From Octopus sinensis (lineage: Eukaryota), in contig NC_043000.1 of assembly GCF_006345805.1 (NCBI RefSeq), forward strand, positions 52,638,001 through 52,702,000: a DNA stretch of 64,000 nt. Direction: 5' to 3'. The notes beneath the pieces are model-generated. The model searched no databases, had not been told where the DNA came from, and saw nothing but the letters and a program-made list of their open reading frames with translations. Both the position numbers and the translations under genes were made by a program. Shown piece after piece: positions 37,445 to 49,834 of the stretch (within the stretch, counting starts at the first letter, position 1; every line of letters starts with the position of its first letter).

Positions 37445-37745
37445 GTATATATGTGTGTGTTATATATGTATGTCTGTAATATATTACTGAAGCGCAGGAA
37501 AATTTAGTGTAACGAAATACGAATGCACAGCAGAATAATATTGTTGACATATAAATTATAATTTCAAAGTGATTTGAAATTGTAGGATAGAAAATTCTCT
37601 TAATATATCTGAATAAAATGTGTATACGTATTCATACACACATCACAAACGTAACAAATACATGCGTGGACGCACATACAAAGACTCTAGCGAATATACA
37701 TGTTCTGTGCCTCTCTCTCTCTGTGTGTGTGTGTGTGTGTGTGTG
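37040..37745. repeat. Tandem duplication, two ~347-bp units
   Basis: 37098 aligns with 37445. One substitution (CAAG/CTAG) in the unique part. Ends lie in (GT)n. Confidence 0.97.
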
Positions 37746-39449
37746 TAGGTAGGTGTATATATATATATGCGTTAATATATTTTCCATATGCCTGTTTTTG
37801 TTATGGAAGTTTTAAATAGAGCGACATATTTTAAAATTATTTTCTACATACGTAACATTTGCATTTGGAATATCAGAAATGTATAATTTCCTGGAATGTA
37901 AATTTGTGTATATAATTTTAAATGATATTAATACACAAATACAATAGCGGCAACCAGGAGCCGATTTACTTCTAGTTTAGGTAAGTATATCGATATAGTT
38001 GCCTTAGTTGGAGGAAAATGTAAATTTAAAGTGATGTATGAAAATTAAATCAAGCTAAGATAGTTTCTTTTTCAAATAGCTCCCATTAGAATGATTGCAA
38101 AATTCTTTAAGATCAATCATTTCGTAATTGTGGAAGGAAATAAAGTATACAATGACACATTTGGCAGACTTGGAGACTAGCCTGGTAGCAGATTTAGAAT
38201 TCGCTATTAAGTTAAATTCATCCAAATAGATAAGCCAGTTAATAAATCATACATATTAACAGAATAAAAATTAATACAATCTAATTGAAAATCAGTGTAA
38301 TACGTACGTGTACAGTCATGCATTAAGGAACATATGCACACACATTTACACACACATACACGCGCGCACACACATGTTTACACACACACATATATATATA
38401 TACATCACAAAAGTATTCACGCAATCACACGCACAGATGTTTAAATATGAAGATAATATGATGTCAGATGACTTAAAGTGTACGTGCATACGTTCACACA
38501 CACACACACACACACACATCCATCTTTGAAATACACATTCGCACACATTTTGCGCGAGTTGTATCTATGATTAATTGTATTTTATGAATCTCATTATCGA
38601 AATTATTTAGGGAGGAAGGGTATGATGGTTATCATGGCTGACAAAACAGTACATATGGGGATATTTCCATGTTACTCCCATTCGAAATCATGCGAATTTT
38701 CCCCATTTATTAGGTATCATATGCAAAAAATAAATATGGAGAACAAACACATGAGGAGGACAATGAATTTTTGGGTCGATTGATTGATAAATGAAGGCAA
38801 AATTGTTGTGTCTTTTTACGTACTAATAAACACAGCGCAGAAGAAATAACACATGATTTCTCGTGTGAGAAAATGTAGAAGTTGTAGATGTATTAAAATT
38901 TGGTAATGAGACCTGGAAATTTGGAGCATTCTCTATCATTTTAAGGTAGTCAATAATATCTGTAAGCAGCTATCATAATTAGAAGATTTTTTCGGTTGCA
39001 TTTCCATTATCAATGTCACGCTTCTATTATCTGCCATTCGCTTGCACAATCAGAATAGTAAAACTTACAATTTAGATATCCAGGCCTTAAGATATGGGTT
39101 TTTTGATTTGGAAGGGATTAAGAAGGCTTATGTGTACATCAAACTGCGTTATAAACTTATAATGTGTCATCTAACTTTTTAAAATTACCTTAGATTTACA
39201 AATACAATCTATTCTGCATAAAATATTTAATAGTTTTTCAATTACGCCAAGACCCATGCACAATATAGAATTTTGCCTAGCTATTGCAACTATGTTCTTG
39301 TCTGTGATTCACATAAGCTGCAATCGTTATGAACTTCTCTTTCTAGGTAGGAGGATGAGAGATATCAATCTTCTGAAAACCGCTTCTCAATTATAAAACA
39401 TAGCACGGTAATCTCCTTTTTGCCTGGTATCAAATTATATTTGTTTCAA

Positions 39450-39680
39450 ATTTTGGCACAATGCCAGTAATTGGGGAATTGTGTGTTGGGTAGGATGGGC
39501 TGGAGGTAGGTCAATTACATCAAACTTAGTACTCAACTGGCTCTCATTTTATAGACACTGAATGGATGAAAGGCAAATCGATCTAGGTTGAATTTGATCT
39601 CAGAATGTAGAGACGGATGAAATGCCGTTGAGCATTTTGCCTGGGGTGCGAAATGCAAGGAGAACGCGCCGCCTTATTAA
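39450..39680 (-). mobile_element. SINE family C, degraded
   Basis: ATGAAAGGCAAATCGA..GAATTTGATCTCAGAATGTAGA..GAAATGCCG core in reverse orientation. Confidence 0.65.
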
Positions 39681-39719
39681 CAAAAATATTAACAAGGAAA
39701 TGATTATCATCTATTCATA

Positions 39720-40940
39720 CAGGGTGCGTAAGATATTTGAGGACAGACTTACGTTTATAAAAATAAAAGATATATAATAACAGATAATAACATTATTTAT
39801 CAAAAAATGCGATGAGGATAACAATAAATCTTCTTTACTATAATATTATTCAATAAAGCCATGTCATCTTCAGCTTCAACAACTGCTTCTATAAGAGATC
39901 TAAATCATCTACAAGCTCGAATCAAGTGGTTCTGGTTCATTTTGGACATTACCCTAACTATGGAAGCTTTGTTATGCGCGTATTCATTGACCTCTCTCTC
40001 AATAGCGCTCTATATGAGTTGAGATCTCGGAAATTAGGAGGCCAAATATCAGGGGATATGTGATCAAGAAAATTTTCAGCCACCGTTTTCTTGGATTACT
40101 AGAGCCATGTATGATACTGCAGAGTCTTATTTAAAGACATATGACCTTTCTTTGTATATACTGTCTATGCAGGTCTTAACAGTTATTTCCAGGACCTCAA
40201 TGAAATTTGTAGAGTTAACTCTAAGGCCTTGTGGTGAGAATAAGAAGGCATCATATGTCCTTGATTGCTGACAACCGCTAAAACCATGAGAGGCAATTGT
40301 GTATGCATAGCACTTGGAACTTCAGAAGCGTCTGCACACAACCCTCTTTCATTTCTTCTGTTAACCTTTTGATCTTGGTCGAAGCTTTTCTCGCTTGAGA
40401 AAAAACAAATCAAATTTTCTTCTGCTGGATGTTCAGCTTGTTTAAGAGACTGTTAGATATGATAAAGGGATTTTCTTTTGCTTTTTCTGACAAATTGATC
40501 TTTTCTCATCATATAAGACTTATACCTGATGTCTTCGTGGGCAACATATCTGACTGTTCCTTGTTTTGCAATTGACCACATCGTATTTCTGGGTTTGTAA
40601 TCAATGGTCTATTGAACGTGCTGGATAGATTTAAGTGTTCTGATGATTTCAGAACGTTTAGAATGCTTTTTATGCCTTGATACTGGTGATATTTTTCCAT
40701 CTTCAATTTCTAGCTCCTCACAAACTTTGTAGACGAATGATCTGGCAACTTTTAAAAATCAAGATATTTCTAAATCGCTATTCTCAGCCATTATAACCGC
40801 AATATCAGCATGCCCCTTCATTTCTTAACTAAGCTGAAGGTCTGCCATTATTATTTTCTGAAACAAAGTTTACACAAAGTTAGCAAAAAATGCAGCAATG
40901 ACCCTAAAAAGGCGTGTCCTCAAATACCTTATGCACATTG
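39720..40940 (-). mobile_element. Full-length degraded Tc1/mariner element (maT/DD37D-like), 1221 bp
   Basis: TIRs CAGGGTGCGTAAGATATTTGAGGACA and reverse complement CAATGTGCATAAGGTATTTGAGGACA, with TA on both sides. ATG at 40848. Motifs 'FFSSEKSFDQDQKVNRRNER', 'MVLAVVSNQGHMMP' and 'IWPPNFRDLN'. Confidence 0.9.
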
Positions 40941-42557
40941 TACATATTGTTTCTGTGTTCTCACTGTGCATGTGCACATATGAATGTGTATGTTAATTTC
41001 ATATTTGAATGCATCCTATAATTTTGTTTGCGTATTTACGTTCTTACTTAAGCATGCTTGTACTACATATGTATATGTGTGTCTTCCGCTTATGCCACAT
41101 AAGAGTCACTTTTGCAATACAGTTGCGTTCGTTCCACATAACACCATATGTGAATAAAAAAAATCTCCATTATTAATCTGTCCATTATACACTATTCAAT
41201 ATGGCAGTTTACATCGAGGAAAAATACGCAAATAATTCCAAGGTGCGTCCATCTGCTATAAATTCAATGTATTTTTTTCCTTAGTTGTTCGCCAGTGACT
41301 ACATTCTCGTTATATGAAATCATGAAATATATTAACAAAATATCCCTAAAGGTACTGGAGCAATATTCTGAAATAAAGCTAGCGTTAGAACAGACGCTAT
41401 GTATCATATAATCTCTAATACAATAAAATCAAGAAATATATATAGATGTACAAGATTACAGATATAACAGAAATATATAGAAAAGGAAATAACATTCCTG
41501 ACTTCAGTGAAGAGAAAATCAATAAATTGAATAAAATTCAATCTGCTGATACGCATCCGCTTTTCTTCTCGTCAACTCAGAAAATACTCTATTTAATGCA
41601 TACATGTAATAAAATAAATAACATTCTAGGTCACGTGATATGCTACAGAGTTCAATACAGGGGGTTCTTCAGTTACCTTCAACAATTTTCTCTTGCTTAT
41701 TTTCAGGTAAAAGGAGAAAAATAAGTCAATCAGTGTTGGTGCCTGAAATATCTGATTGTTATCCGTAACACACATACTTCATAGTTTTATATAAAACGTA
41801 TTGTTTTAAAAATTATTAGCGAATGGAAACGGATAGCCGAAAATTATTTGCATTTTTACCAAAACGTCTTTACAACGGCCGCACTGCCATTAGCGTTCGC
41901 GAGCTACTAAGTGGTACTCTAGTGGTTACCTAACTGTGGTTTGAACTTCACGGTCCAGCATAAGTCCAGCCTGGAACAATGAAACAATGTTGATTGCCGT
42001 GAATTGAGCATAGAACACAAAAAACTGTACAAACACTGATTGCCTAAAGTCCTGGAAAATGTATTACGTACAAATATATAAGCATCCATGACGCCTTACA
42101 TGCTTATATATGAGCATAATGTTGTTGTGGAAATGGTACTTCTCAAATTCTATCCATCTCTGCAAAATTGCTTGCACAAGATATTTTCTATATTGCTTGC
42201 ACAAAATATCTTCTACAGAAATCTGTAGTAGTAATTTTACTATAAATATAAATATATATTTGATTTAAATTAAAATTCTAATTTCCATGGTAATTTCATA
42301 TTCACAAATAATTGAAGGGTATTTCTGTTTTCGAAATTTACAATGCATGTTCAGAAGAAATACTAGTGCGCATGCACAGAATTATTCTCCTCCTACACTT
42401 ACTCTCTTTGTCGTTCGCTTTCTTGTTTTGTTATCCTGCCGATGAAAATTACGCTTACATTTCCCAACTTAATATAATCTTGTTTAACAAAAACAGTCGT
42501 GTCCTAAGTATCCACACACACACACACACACACACACAAACATACATACATACGTAA

Positions 42558-42618
<61 letters not shown>

Positions 42619-43159
42619 TATATTAGAAAAAAGGTAGAGATCTGGATGGTTGTACATATACAAATATTTATCAACATGTCATATGTGTTTACAAGTCACA
42701 TATAGCGCCTCTCATCTACTCTAATAGACTCTTCAGATAAAAATTTTGTGAAGAGATTTGTCTCTTTTTATAGCACTAGTGAATGGGTTGGAGTGGAGAG
42801 AGAGGTGGAAGAAGGGTAAGGTGGAGTGTAAAGGGTAGGAAAAGAGATAGAGAGGAATGAGGAGATAGTGGAAGGAGATGGTGAGAGAGAATGTGTGTGT
42901 TTGTATGCGTGTGTGAGTGTGTGCCTATGCATCTGAACAAAAGATAAAGAAAAAGAACATATGTTTTTAATTTGGTGGCTAGAACAGTTGCTTACTTTGG
43001 TTCAGCCAGCTCACCAGGGTGTCTGAAAAAACATGTTTTCAAAGTGAAAAAATGTATATTATCTTAATGTCAATTGAAAAGAGAAGGAAAGAAAGGAAGG
43101 AAGGAAGGAAGGAAGGAAGAAAGAAAAAATGTGTTTATATCTATACAGTTGGTCAGTTC

Positions 43160-43650
43160 TTTCAATAGAAGATACGTTGATTCTTGGTCTGTAAAAATGG
43201 CATGAGTGTTTCATCATTTCAGACAGATCAGAAGAGGATCTACGAACATTCCACAACATCCTCAACACACTGCACTCATCGATCAACTTTACTAGAGAAA
43301 CCAGCTATAACGAACTTTCCTTCCTAGACATCAACATCAAGATACACTGCTCCATCATCACAACAGATATCAACTACAAAAACAAACACACACTAATATT
43401 TAAATTTCTACTCCTCCCACCCGTCCCATATAAAAAGAAACGTTCGGCATAGTATGGCAAGACGCATATGCAGCATAGTGGTCCACTCACAAACACCAAA
43501 TAAGACTAAATGAATTTAAAAACTTTCTACTAAAACAGAAATACCCACTCAAATTAATAGACAACGGAATCCCAAGAGCAATGAAACTGGACATCCCCCA
43601 ACTCAGAACTTCAAATAAGAAGAACAAAGAAAACATCATCCCATATATAT
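43160..43650 (+). mobile_element. Penelope-like element RT/thumb fragment
   Basis: 'CFII..SEEDLRTFHNILNTLHSSINFTRETSYNELSFLDINI..ITTDINYK..F.SSHPSHIKRNV..MARRIC..FLLKQKYPLKLIDNGI', the classic PLE FLD..YKxT..SxHP pattern. Confidence 0.85.
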
Positions 43651-43684
43651 AAATATATATATATATTGTGTCTGAGGAGAGTCT

Positions 43685-44556
43685 TTCTCTTTTAGTGTCT
43701 TGTCAATTTAACACACACACCGGTTCGATTTCCACTCATTCAGTTATTTATTTTTACTGAAATTTTCGTTGCATTTTGCAATGTTTCCAATAGTCGGTGA
43801 CTTTCTCCGTTATCGGAAGTGCGTTCTTTTATGCGCATGTGCGGGCGTCAGTATGCGTTCGCATACACATGTATGTATGTATGTGTGTGTATACATGTAT
43901 ATATGCACGTTCGTATGTATATATTTATTCTTCATGCACATGCATATTTACATGCATATATGTGTGTGTATACATATACATATGTATGCATGTTTGCACG
44001 TTTGTATGCATGTATCATGCTTGTGCTTCATGTTTGTGTTTTTCTGTGTTTTTGTGTGCCCGGGTACACAGACACATACACGCATATATACATATATAGA
44101 TACATACGTACATACATACAGATGAAGACTGATAAAAATTACAAACACATGAGGACTGAAACACATGACTATATACACACGCGTACATTTCATACAGGGA
44201 AACATGTGGCGACACACATACTTACATAACAGGCGTACTAACATAGTCACAAAAATCCATACACAGACACAATCAAACATGCACACACAAGGGGATAGAG
44301 TTACACACAAATAGATACACACATATAGACACACACGTTCAAACAAGCAAACATGAACACAAATACATACACACAAACACACATACCTACATAAATGACG
44401 CACACGCATGCGCACAAATAAACAATAAGAAGGGAGTTCCAATAACGAGTCAATGATTGTTGAAAAGCTTGGTTTTCAATAACAGTAAAATTAAATAGAT
44501 GAGTGGAATTCAAACCGGTGAGTGTGTTAGAATAACAAGGCACTAACAGAGGATTC
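43685..44556. repeat. Diverged inverted repeat (~170-bp arms) enclosing a GT-rich/AC-rich spacer
   Basis: 43685-43855 aligns with the reverse complement of 44395-44556 (TTAGTG.CTTGT..T.TAACACAC.CACCGGTT.GA.TTCCACTCAT..TTTTACTG). Confidence 0.8.
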
Positions 44557-44922
44557 ATATAAAGTGTCTTGCAAGCCAACTTCAAAAATGAAATATGTAT
44601 ATTCATACTCTCCCACACATATATATATGAAAAATAGGGATGGAGAGAAACGCTCAAGATGTTAAATCATTTATATCTTCATATCATCGACATGTTTTTC
44701 GATGGATACATTAAAATAAATCCAACTGGATGAATAATGCAGAGCAATCTATCAATCGCATGAATCTCTTCAATCTCTCAACAGTGCTCATCAATTAGAC
44801 ATTTTAACAGATGTAACGTGTATATATATATATATATATATATATATGCGTATACATACATACATGCGCACATAAACACACATACGCACACATACACATG
44901 TATATGCATATGCACACACGCA

Positions 44923-44957
<35 letters not shown>

Positions 44958-45931
44958 GCATATACATACAGGGGCACGTACGAACACACATGCTTACACA
45001 TATATCGAAAGTGGAGTTGCGAAGGAAACGCTAGTAATTAAAACATGCCATTGAGAACACAGACGCCATACAACGAGAGAAGAAGAGGTTATAGAGGAAG
45101 AAAGAAGGAACAAAAGAAGAACAGTTAAGGGAGATAAGGAGGTACCAGCAAATAGGGAAGATATTACAGACGGAAGGGAAAGATGAAAGGAAGCGCCGAG
45201 AATATGGGAAGTAAGAACAAAGAATAAAGATAAATTTCAGAAATTATTATTTATATAAGTATATCAATATATGTGCGCATGTTTGCATATGTATATACAT
45301 GTGTGTTTATGTGTGTATTTGTGTATTCTGTCAACGCATATATATATATCTCTTCTCTCTATATAAAACTGAAATGCGTTTTTACCGCTTGGATCGCTTT
45401 CAATGCCACTACATCCCGTCCGATTCGCTCCAAAATTTACAGGGACATGTAGAATGAGGTGACGATGCTCGTGGGCCACCTTAGAAATCCCTATCTTAAA
45501 AGGTGTGGTTACTAAGGGTCATCTTCCTCACTCACGCTATTTCCTCCAGTGCCCTCTCACTCCTCTTCATATGACAAGTCCACTCCAGTTATTTAATGTA
45601 AAGTCTTCCTCAATTCACTCTCTCGCTATTTCCTCTCTTCCAAGAACATTTTCACCCACTCTATCTCTTAGCTTCCCATACATTTTACTCATGTATCTAT
45701 CTGCGTTCATAGACAGAAACAAATATTACATCGCCATCGCCATCGCCATCGCATTCTACTGTCTACCTGTCAACACACACACACACATATATATACATAT
45801 ATCTAATATTATATTTTTATTTTTATGATTTTGTTTTTGGTTTTTTACTGTTTCATTTCCCTATTAGTGGTTTTATCTCTAATTTAATTTCTACAGCGTG
45901 CACACACACACACACACCTATATGTGGCCCC

Positions 45932-46342
45932 ATGCTAGTCTGGTGTCAGGATAGAATCCACCCTGTGGATATTGACAGAATTATATCTGCTGAGTTGCCC
46001 GATCAAAATATTGATCCTCAGCTGCACAGCAGTGTGACAAAGCATATGATTCACGATCCATGTGGTGACTTTAATCCGAGAAGTCCATGCATGAAGAATA
46101 AAAGATGTTCGAAGCGGTACCCTAGAGACTATTGCGGTCAAACCTGCACTACGAATGACGGATATCCCATCTACCGAAGACGTGACCCAGGTTTGGGTGG
46201 CCGCACAGCTACAATTAGACAACGGCTAAAAACATTCGATGTTGATAATTCCTGGATCGTTCCATTCAACCCTTTGCTTTCCAAAACATTTAATGCACAC
46301 ATTAATGTTGTGTACTGCAGTTCGGTGAGATGCATACAATAA
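45932..46342 (+). pseudogene. Helitron RepHel: Rep (HUH endonuclease) C-terminal half
   Basis: 'IDRIISAELPD..MIHDPCG..PCMKNKRCSKRYPRDY..DGYPIYRRR..DNSWIVPFNPLLSKTFNAHINV'. Confidence 0.93.
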
Positions 46343-46364
46343 GTACATTAATAAGGGCGATGAT

Positions 46365-47264
46365 ATGGCCGTGTTTGTGTTCAGTGATGAAGACCTTAGA
46401 CATGACGAAATTAAACAATTCGTTTTGGGTAGGTATGTATCCTCCAATTATGCAGCGTGGCGCATGTTTGGATATGAGGTTCATCTAAGCTCACCATCAG
46501 TTTTCCACCTGAATGTTCATTTACAGAAGAGACAGCTGGTTTACTTCACAGAGAAAAATGCACGTCAAGTCATTGAAAATCCAAAAGGGACTACGCTTAC
46601 AGCATTTTTTAAATTGTGTTCAGTTGATGAGTTTGCTGCTACTCTCATTTACCCTGAAGTACCAGAATATTACACATACAACAACAATAATTGGAAGCGC
46701 AGGTCACATGGAACAGAACTTGACAATTGGCCCGGTGTTTCTAAGAAGAACGTCATTGGGCGTGCGTATAATATTCATCCTACCAAACAGGAAATCTTCT
46801 TTTTGAGAATGCTACTTCATGTAGTTACTGGACCGAAGTCTTTTGCTGATCTTCGCACAGTTGATGGTATCATCTGCGCCACTTACAGGGAAGCATGTTT
46901 GAGGCGCGGACATCTTCTCAATAACGACCACTTACACAGGACATTAGCAGAATCCTCAAATTGTAAACTGCCATGGCAAATGCGGCGATTGTCTTGTAGC
47001 ATATTAATCCACTGTAATCCCAGCAACCCTCTTAACCTTTGGGAATCGTTCAGACAGAGCCTATCAAAGGACATACAGGCTAATTTAGCGCTACGTGGTG
47101 GCAACGACGATGTTTATAATGAGGCATTAATCGACATGGACAGACACATCAGACGCTATATTATACGCGGTTTAAGTGAATTCCATCTGCAACACCTGTC
47201 CATCATGAAGCGCCTTTGGATGTTGAATACATGTCAGAAAAAAACTACAACATTGCCGAATTGA
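46365..47264 (+). pseudogene. Helitron RepHel: post-Rep/linker region
   Basis: 'DEIKQFVLGRYVSSNYAAWRMF..LNVHL..TTLTAFFKL..YPEVPEYYT..IGRAYNIHP..FFLRMLLHVVTGPKSFADLRTVDG..TYREAC'. Confidence 0.93.
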
Positions 47265-47701
47265 CGGAAACAATTACGCGAGATGTACCAAGACTTTTGC
47301 CTGAACAAACAGAGATTTATAATGAAATTATTGACAGCGTTAGATTGAACCAAGGAAAGCTTTTCTTTTTGAATGCTCCAGGTGGTACTGGTAAAACTTT
47401 CGTTATCAATTTGATTCTCGCAAAGCTGCGCGCTGAACGTCGAATTGCCATTGCATGTGCCTCAAGTGGTATTGCAGCGACACTGCTTCAAGGCGGCCGT
47501 ACGGCACATAGTGCATTCAAATTGCCCATGGGCATTGGAAAGAAAGATAATCCTATATGTAATATAGATCTTAGTTCCTCAAGAGCAAGACTTCTTCGTG
47601 AATGCAGTCTTTTTATTTGGGATGAGGCTACAATGAGTAATGAGGCCATGTTTGAGGCTCTTGACAGAACTCTCCAAGATTTGCGTCACAATACAAAATA
47701 A
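47216..47701 (+). pseudogene. Helitron RepHel: Pif1-family SF1B helicase, N-terminal part
   Basis: Walker A 'NAPGGTGKTF', 'ASSGIAATLL.GGRTAHSAF', Walker B 'IWDEATM'. Confidence 0.95.
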
Positions 47702-48660
47702 TGGGTGGAGCTACGTTTCTCATGGCAGGAGATTTTCAACAAACTCTTCCTGTTGTCCGAGCAGGCACTCGAGCCGATGAGGTTAACGCATGTATAAAGC
47801 ATTCTTATGTGTGGCACAGTGTTATCAGTCGCCATCTTCAAATAAACACGAGAGTCCACCTACATGGTGATGTGGAGTCTGAGGCTTTCGCAAAACACCT
47901 ATTAGATCTTGGTGATGGAGTTTTGCTTTTCGTTGATGATGAGCATATTCGGTTGCCTTTTGAGAATTTCGTTCCAAATGTAGAAGAACTTATAAGAGCC
48001 GTTTTACCTGACGTCGAAACCAACTTCCAGGATCTCGATTGGCTAAGAGCAAGAGCTATTCTATCGCCTCATAATACAACAGCTGATGCTACAAATAAAC
48101 AAGTACTTGATATGATTCCTGGTGAGATAGTTTCTTTCATGTCCATCGATACAAATAAAGATGAGAATGATGCAGTCAAATATCCACCCGAGCTACTCAA
48201 CAAGCTAACACCTCCGGGACTTCCACCTCATCATTTGTGTTTAAAAGTTGGTGCTCCAATCATGGTGCTCAGAAATATGGAAACGCCTGAAATATGCAAT
48301 GGAACCCGAATGGTTATAAGGAGGATTCAAAGCCATGTTATAACTGCTGAAATTTTAAGTGGACCATTTGTAGGAACAATCAAGATGATACATAAAATGA
48401 GTATTTCACCCTCTGATGTTCCCATTCAGTTTAAACGCTTTCAATTTCCTATAAAACTATGCTTCGCGATGACAATCAACAAGTCACAGGGACAATCACT
48501 GGACATTGTAGGCATTAACCTGTCACAACCGGTTTTCACTCATGGTCACTTGTACGTAGCCTGTTCTCGAGTTGGAAATCCACATAAACTCTTCATTCTT
48601 GGCAATCATGAGCGCACAAGGAACGTGGTTTATCAGGAGGCTCTGACAAAAGAAAACTGA
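47701..48660 (+). pseudogene. Helitron RepHel: Pif1-family helicase, C-terminal part
   Basis: 'GGATFLMAGDFQQTLPVV', 'LKVGAPIMVLRN', 'ICNGTRM', 'FAMTINKSQGQSL', 'HGHLYVACSRV'; ends in a stop. Confidence 0.95.
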
Positions 48661-49631
48661 TTGTAAGTCATGAAATTTTGCTTGATTTTTTATTTTGCAC
48701 CTCTTCATTGTCTCGTCATTCTTGAAAATAAAGACATTAAAAAGAACATGGTTCATAAAGAATATTGGGTTCAGATGTTTGCAAACATTTGATCCAACTC
48801 ATTCTCTTTATTCCTCATTTTCCGATTCCTTCTACGTCTCCATTAAACGGTTTTGTCAAGTTATTGTTTCTTCGCTAACATAAGACATTCATAAAGTGAA
48901 TGAGTTGTTAATTACATTTTATACACTATTCCATTGTTTAGGTGGTGTCGAAAGGACTGGCATGTGTCACCATATAAACTCTCTCAGTCAAACTCCCAAC
49001 TCATGAGTTCACGTCATGATACTCTTTCTACAAAACTGAGCTGGGTGTGAGTTCTAATTTCATTCATTTTACAGATTTTTTTATTTTTGAAACAAACACA
49101 TTGCCTCTTTCGTTTTAAAACAATAAAACAATACTACCTTAATACATTGGTTCAACAAACAAAACATCCAGCACTATCATTCTTTTATGTATCTGTCTTC
49201 CTCCATCACTCACTCACTTTTCTCCCTTCCTTTCACGTTCTATCTATAACGTCACTTCACAGCGTCTACCTCCCTTACATTCACTTTCTCTTTATAACGT
49301 CGTTTCACAGCGCCCGTTATCCCCCCTCCCTGTCTTCCACAGCGCTTTCACACACTCTCACTCTCTACGTCTGTCAGCATTCATAGAGAGAATTATCATC
49401 GCCACCACCACCACTCAATCATGACAACAAATATTATGAATCAGATATTTATGAGGTTAATTTATATATGTGTGTGTGTGTATCTATATATAAATATGTA
49501 TATATAATAATTTTTATATATACAAAGTGTATATATCTGTATTTATATATATATATATATATATAATTTGTATACATTTATATATATATACCACACTCTT
49601 ACCCGCGCGTAGAGCGGGTCACCTTCAGCTA

Positions 49632-49669
<38 letters not shown>

Positions 49670-49834
49670 GTAACGTATTGGAGTTTCTTACATCTATTAA
49701 AATGTCTAATTAATGAGCAATGTGATTTATATCCTCCCTGATAGGATTAATGCATTACTCTACATTATTCATCCAGTCGGATTTATTTTGAATGCATCCA
49801 TCGAAACATATGTTGATGATAACTCTTTACTCTC

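Larger units (their letters stand above)
45349..49632 (+). mobile_element. Helitron, 4284 bp, with both termini; Rep 5'-truncated
   Basis: 5' A/TC TCTTCTCTCTATATAAAA. 3' hairpin ACCCGC-GCGTAGA-GCGGGT (49601-49619), a 9-nt spacer, then CTAG/T. RepHel coding sequence spans 45920-48660. Confidence 0.88.

Noticed and set aside
43670-43780. CTGAGGA next to a Penelope fragment, a possible hammerhead ribozyme core
   Set aside because: No GAAA directly follows a stem II and stems I/III could not be paired.
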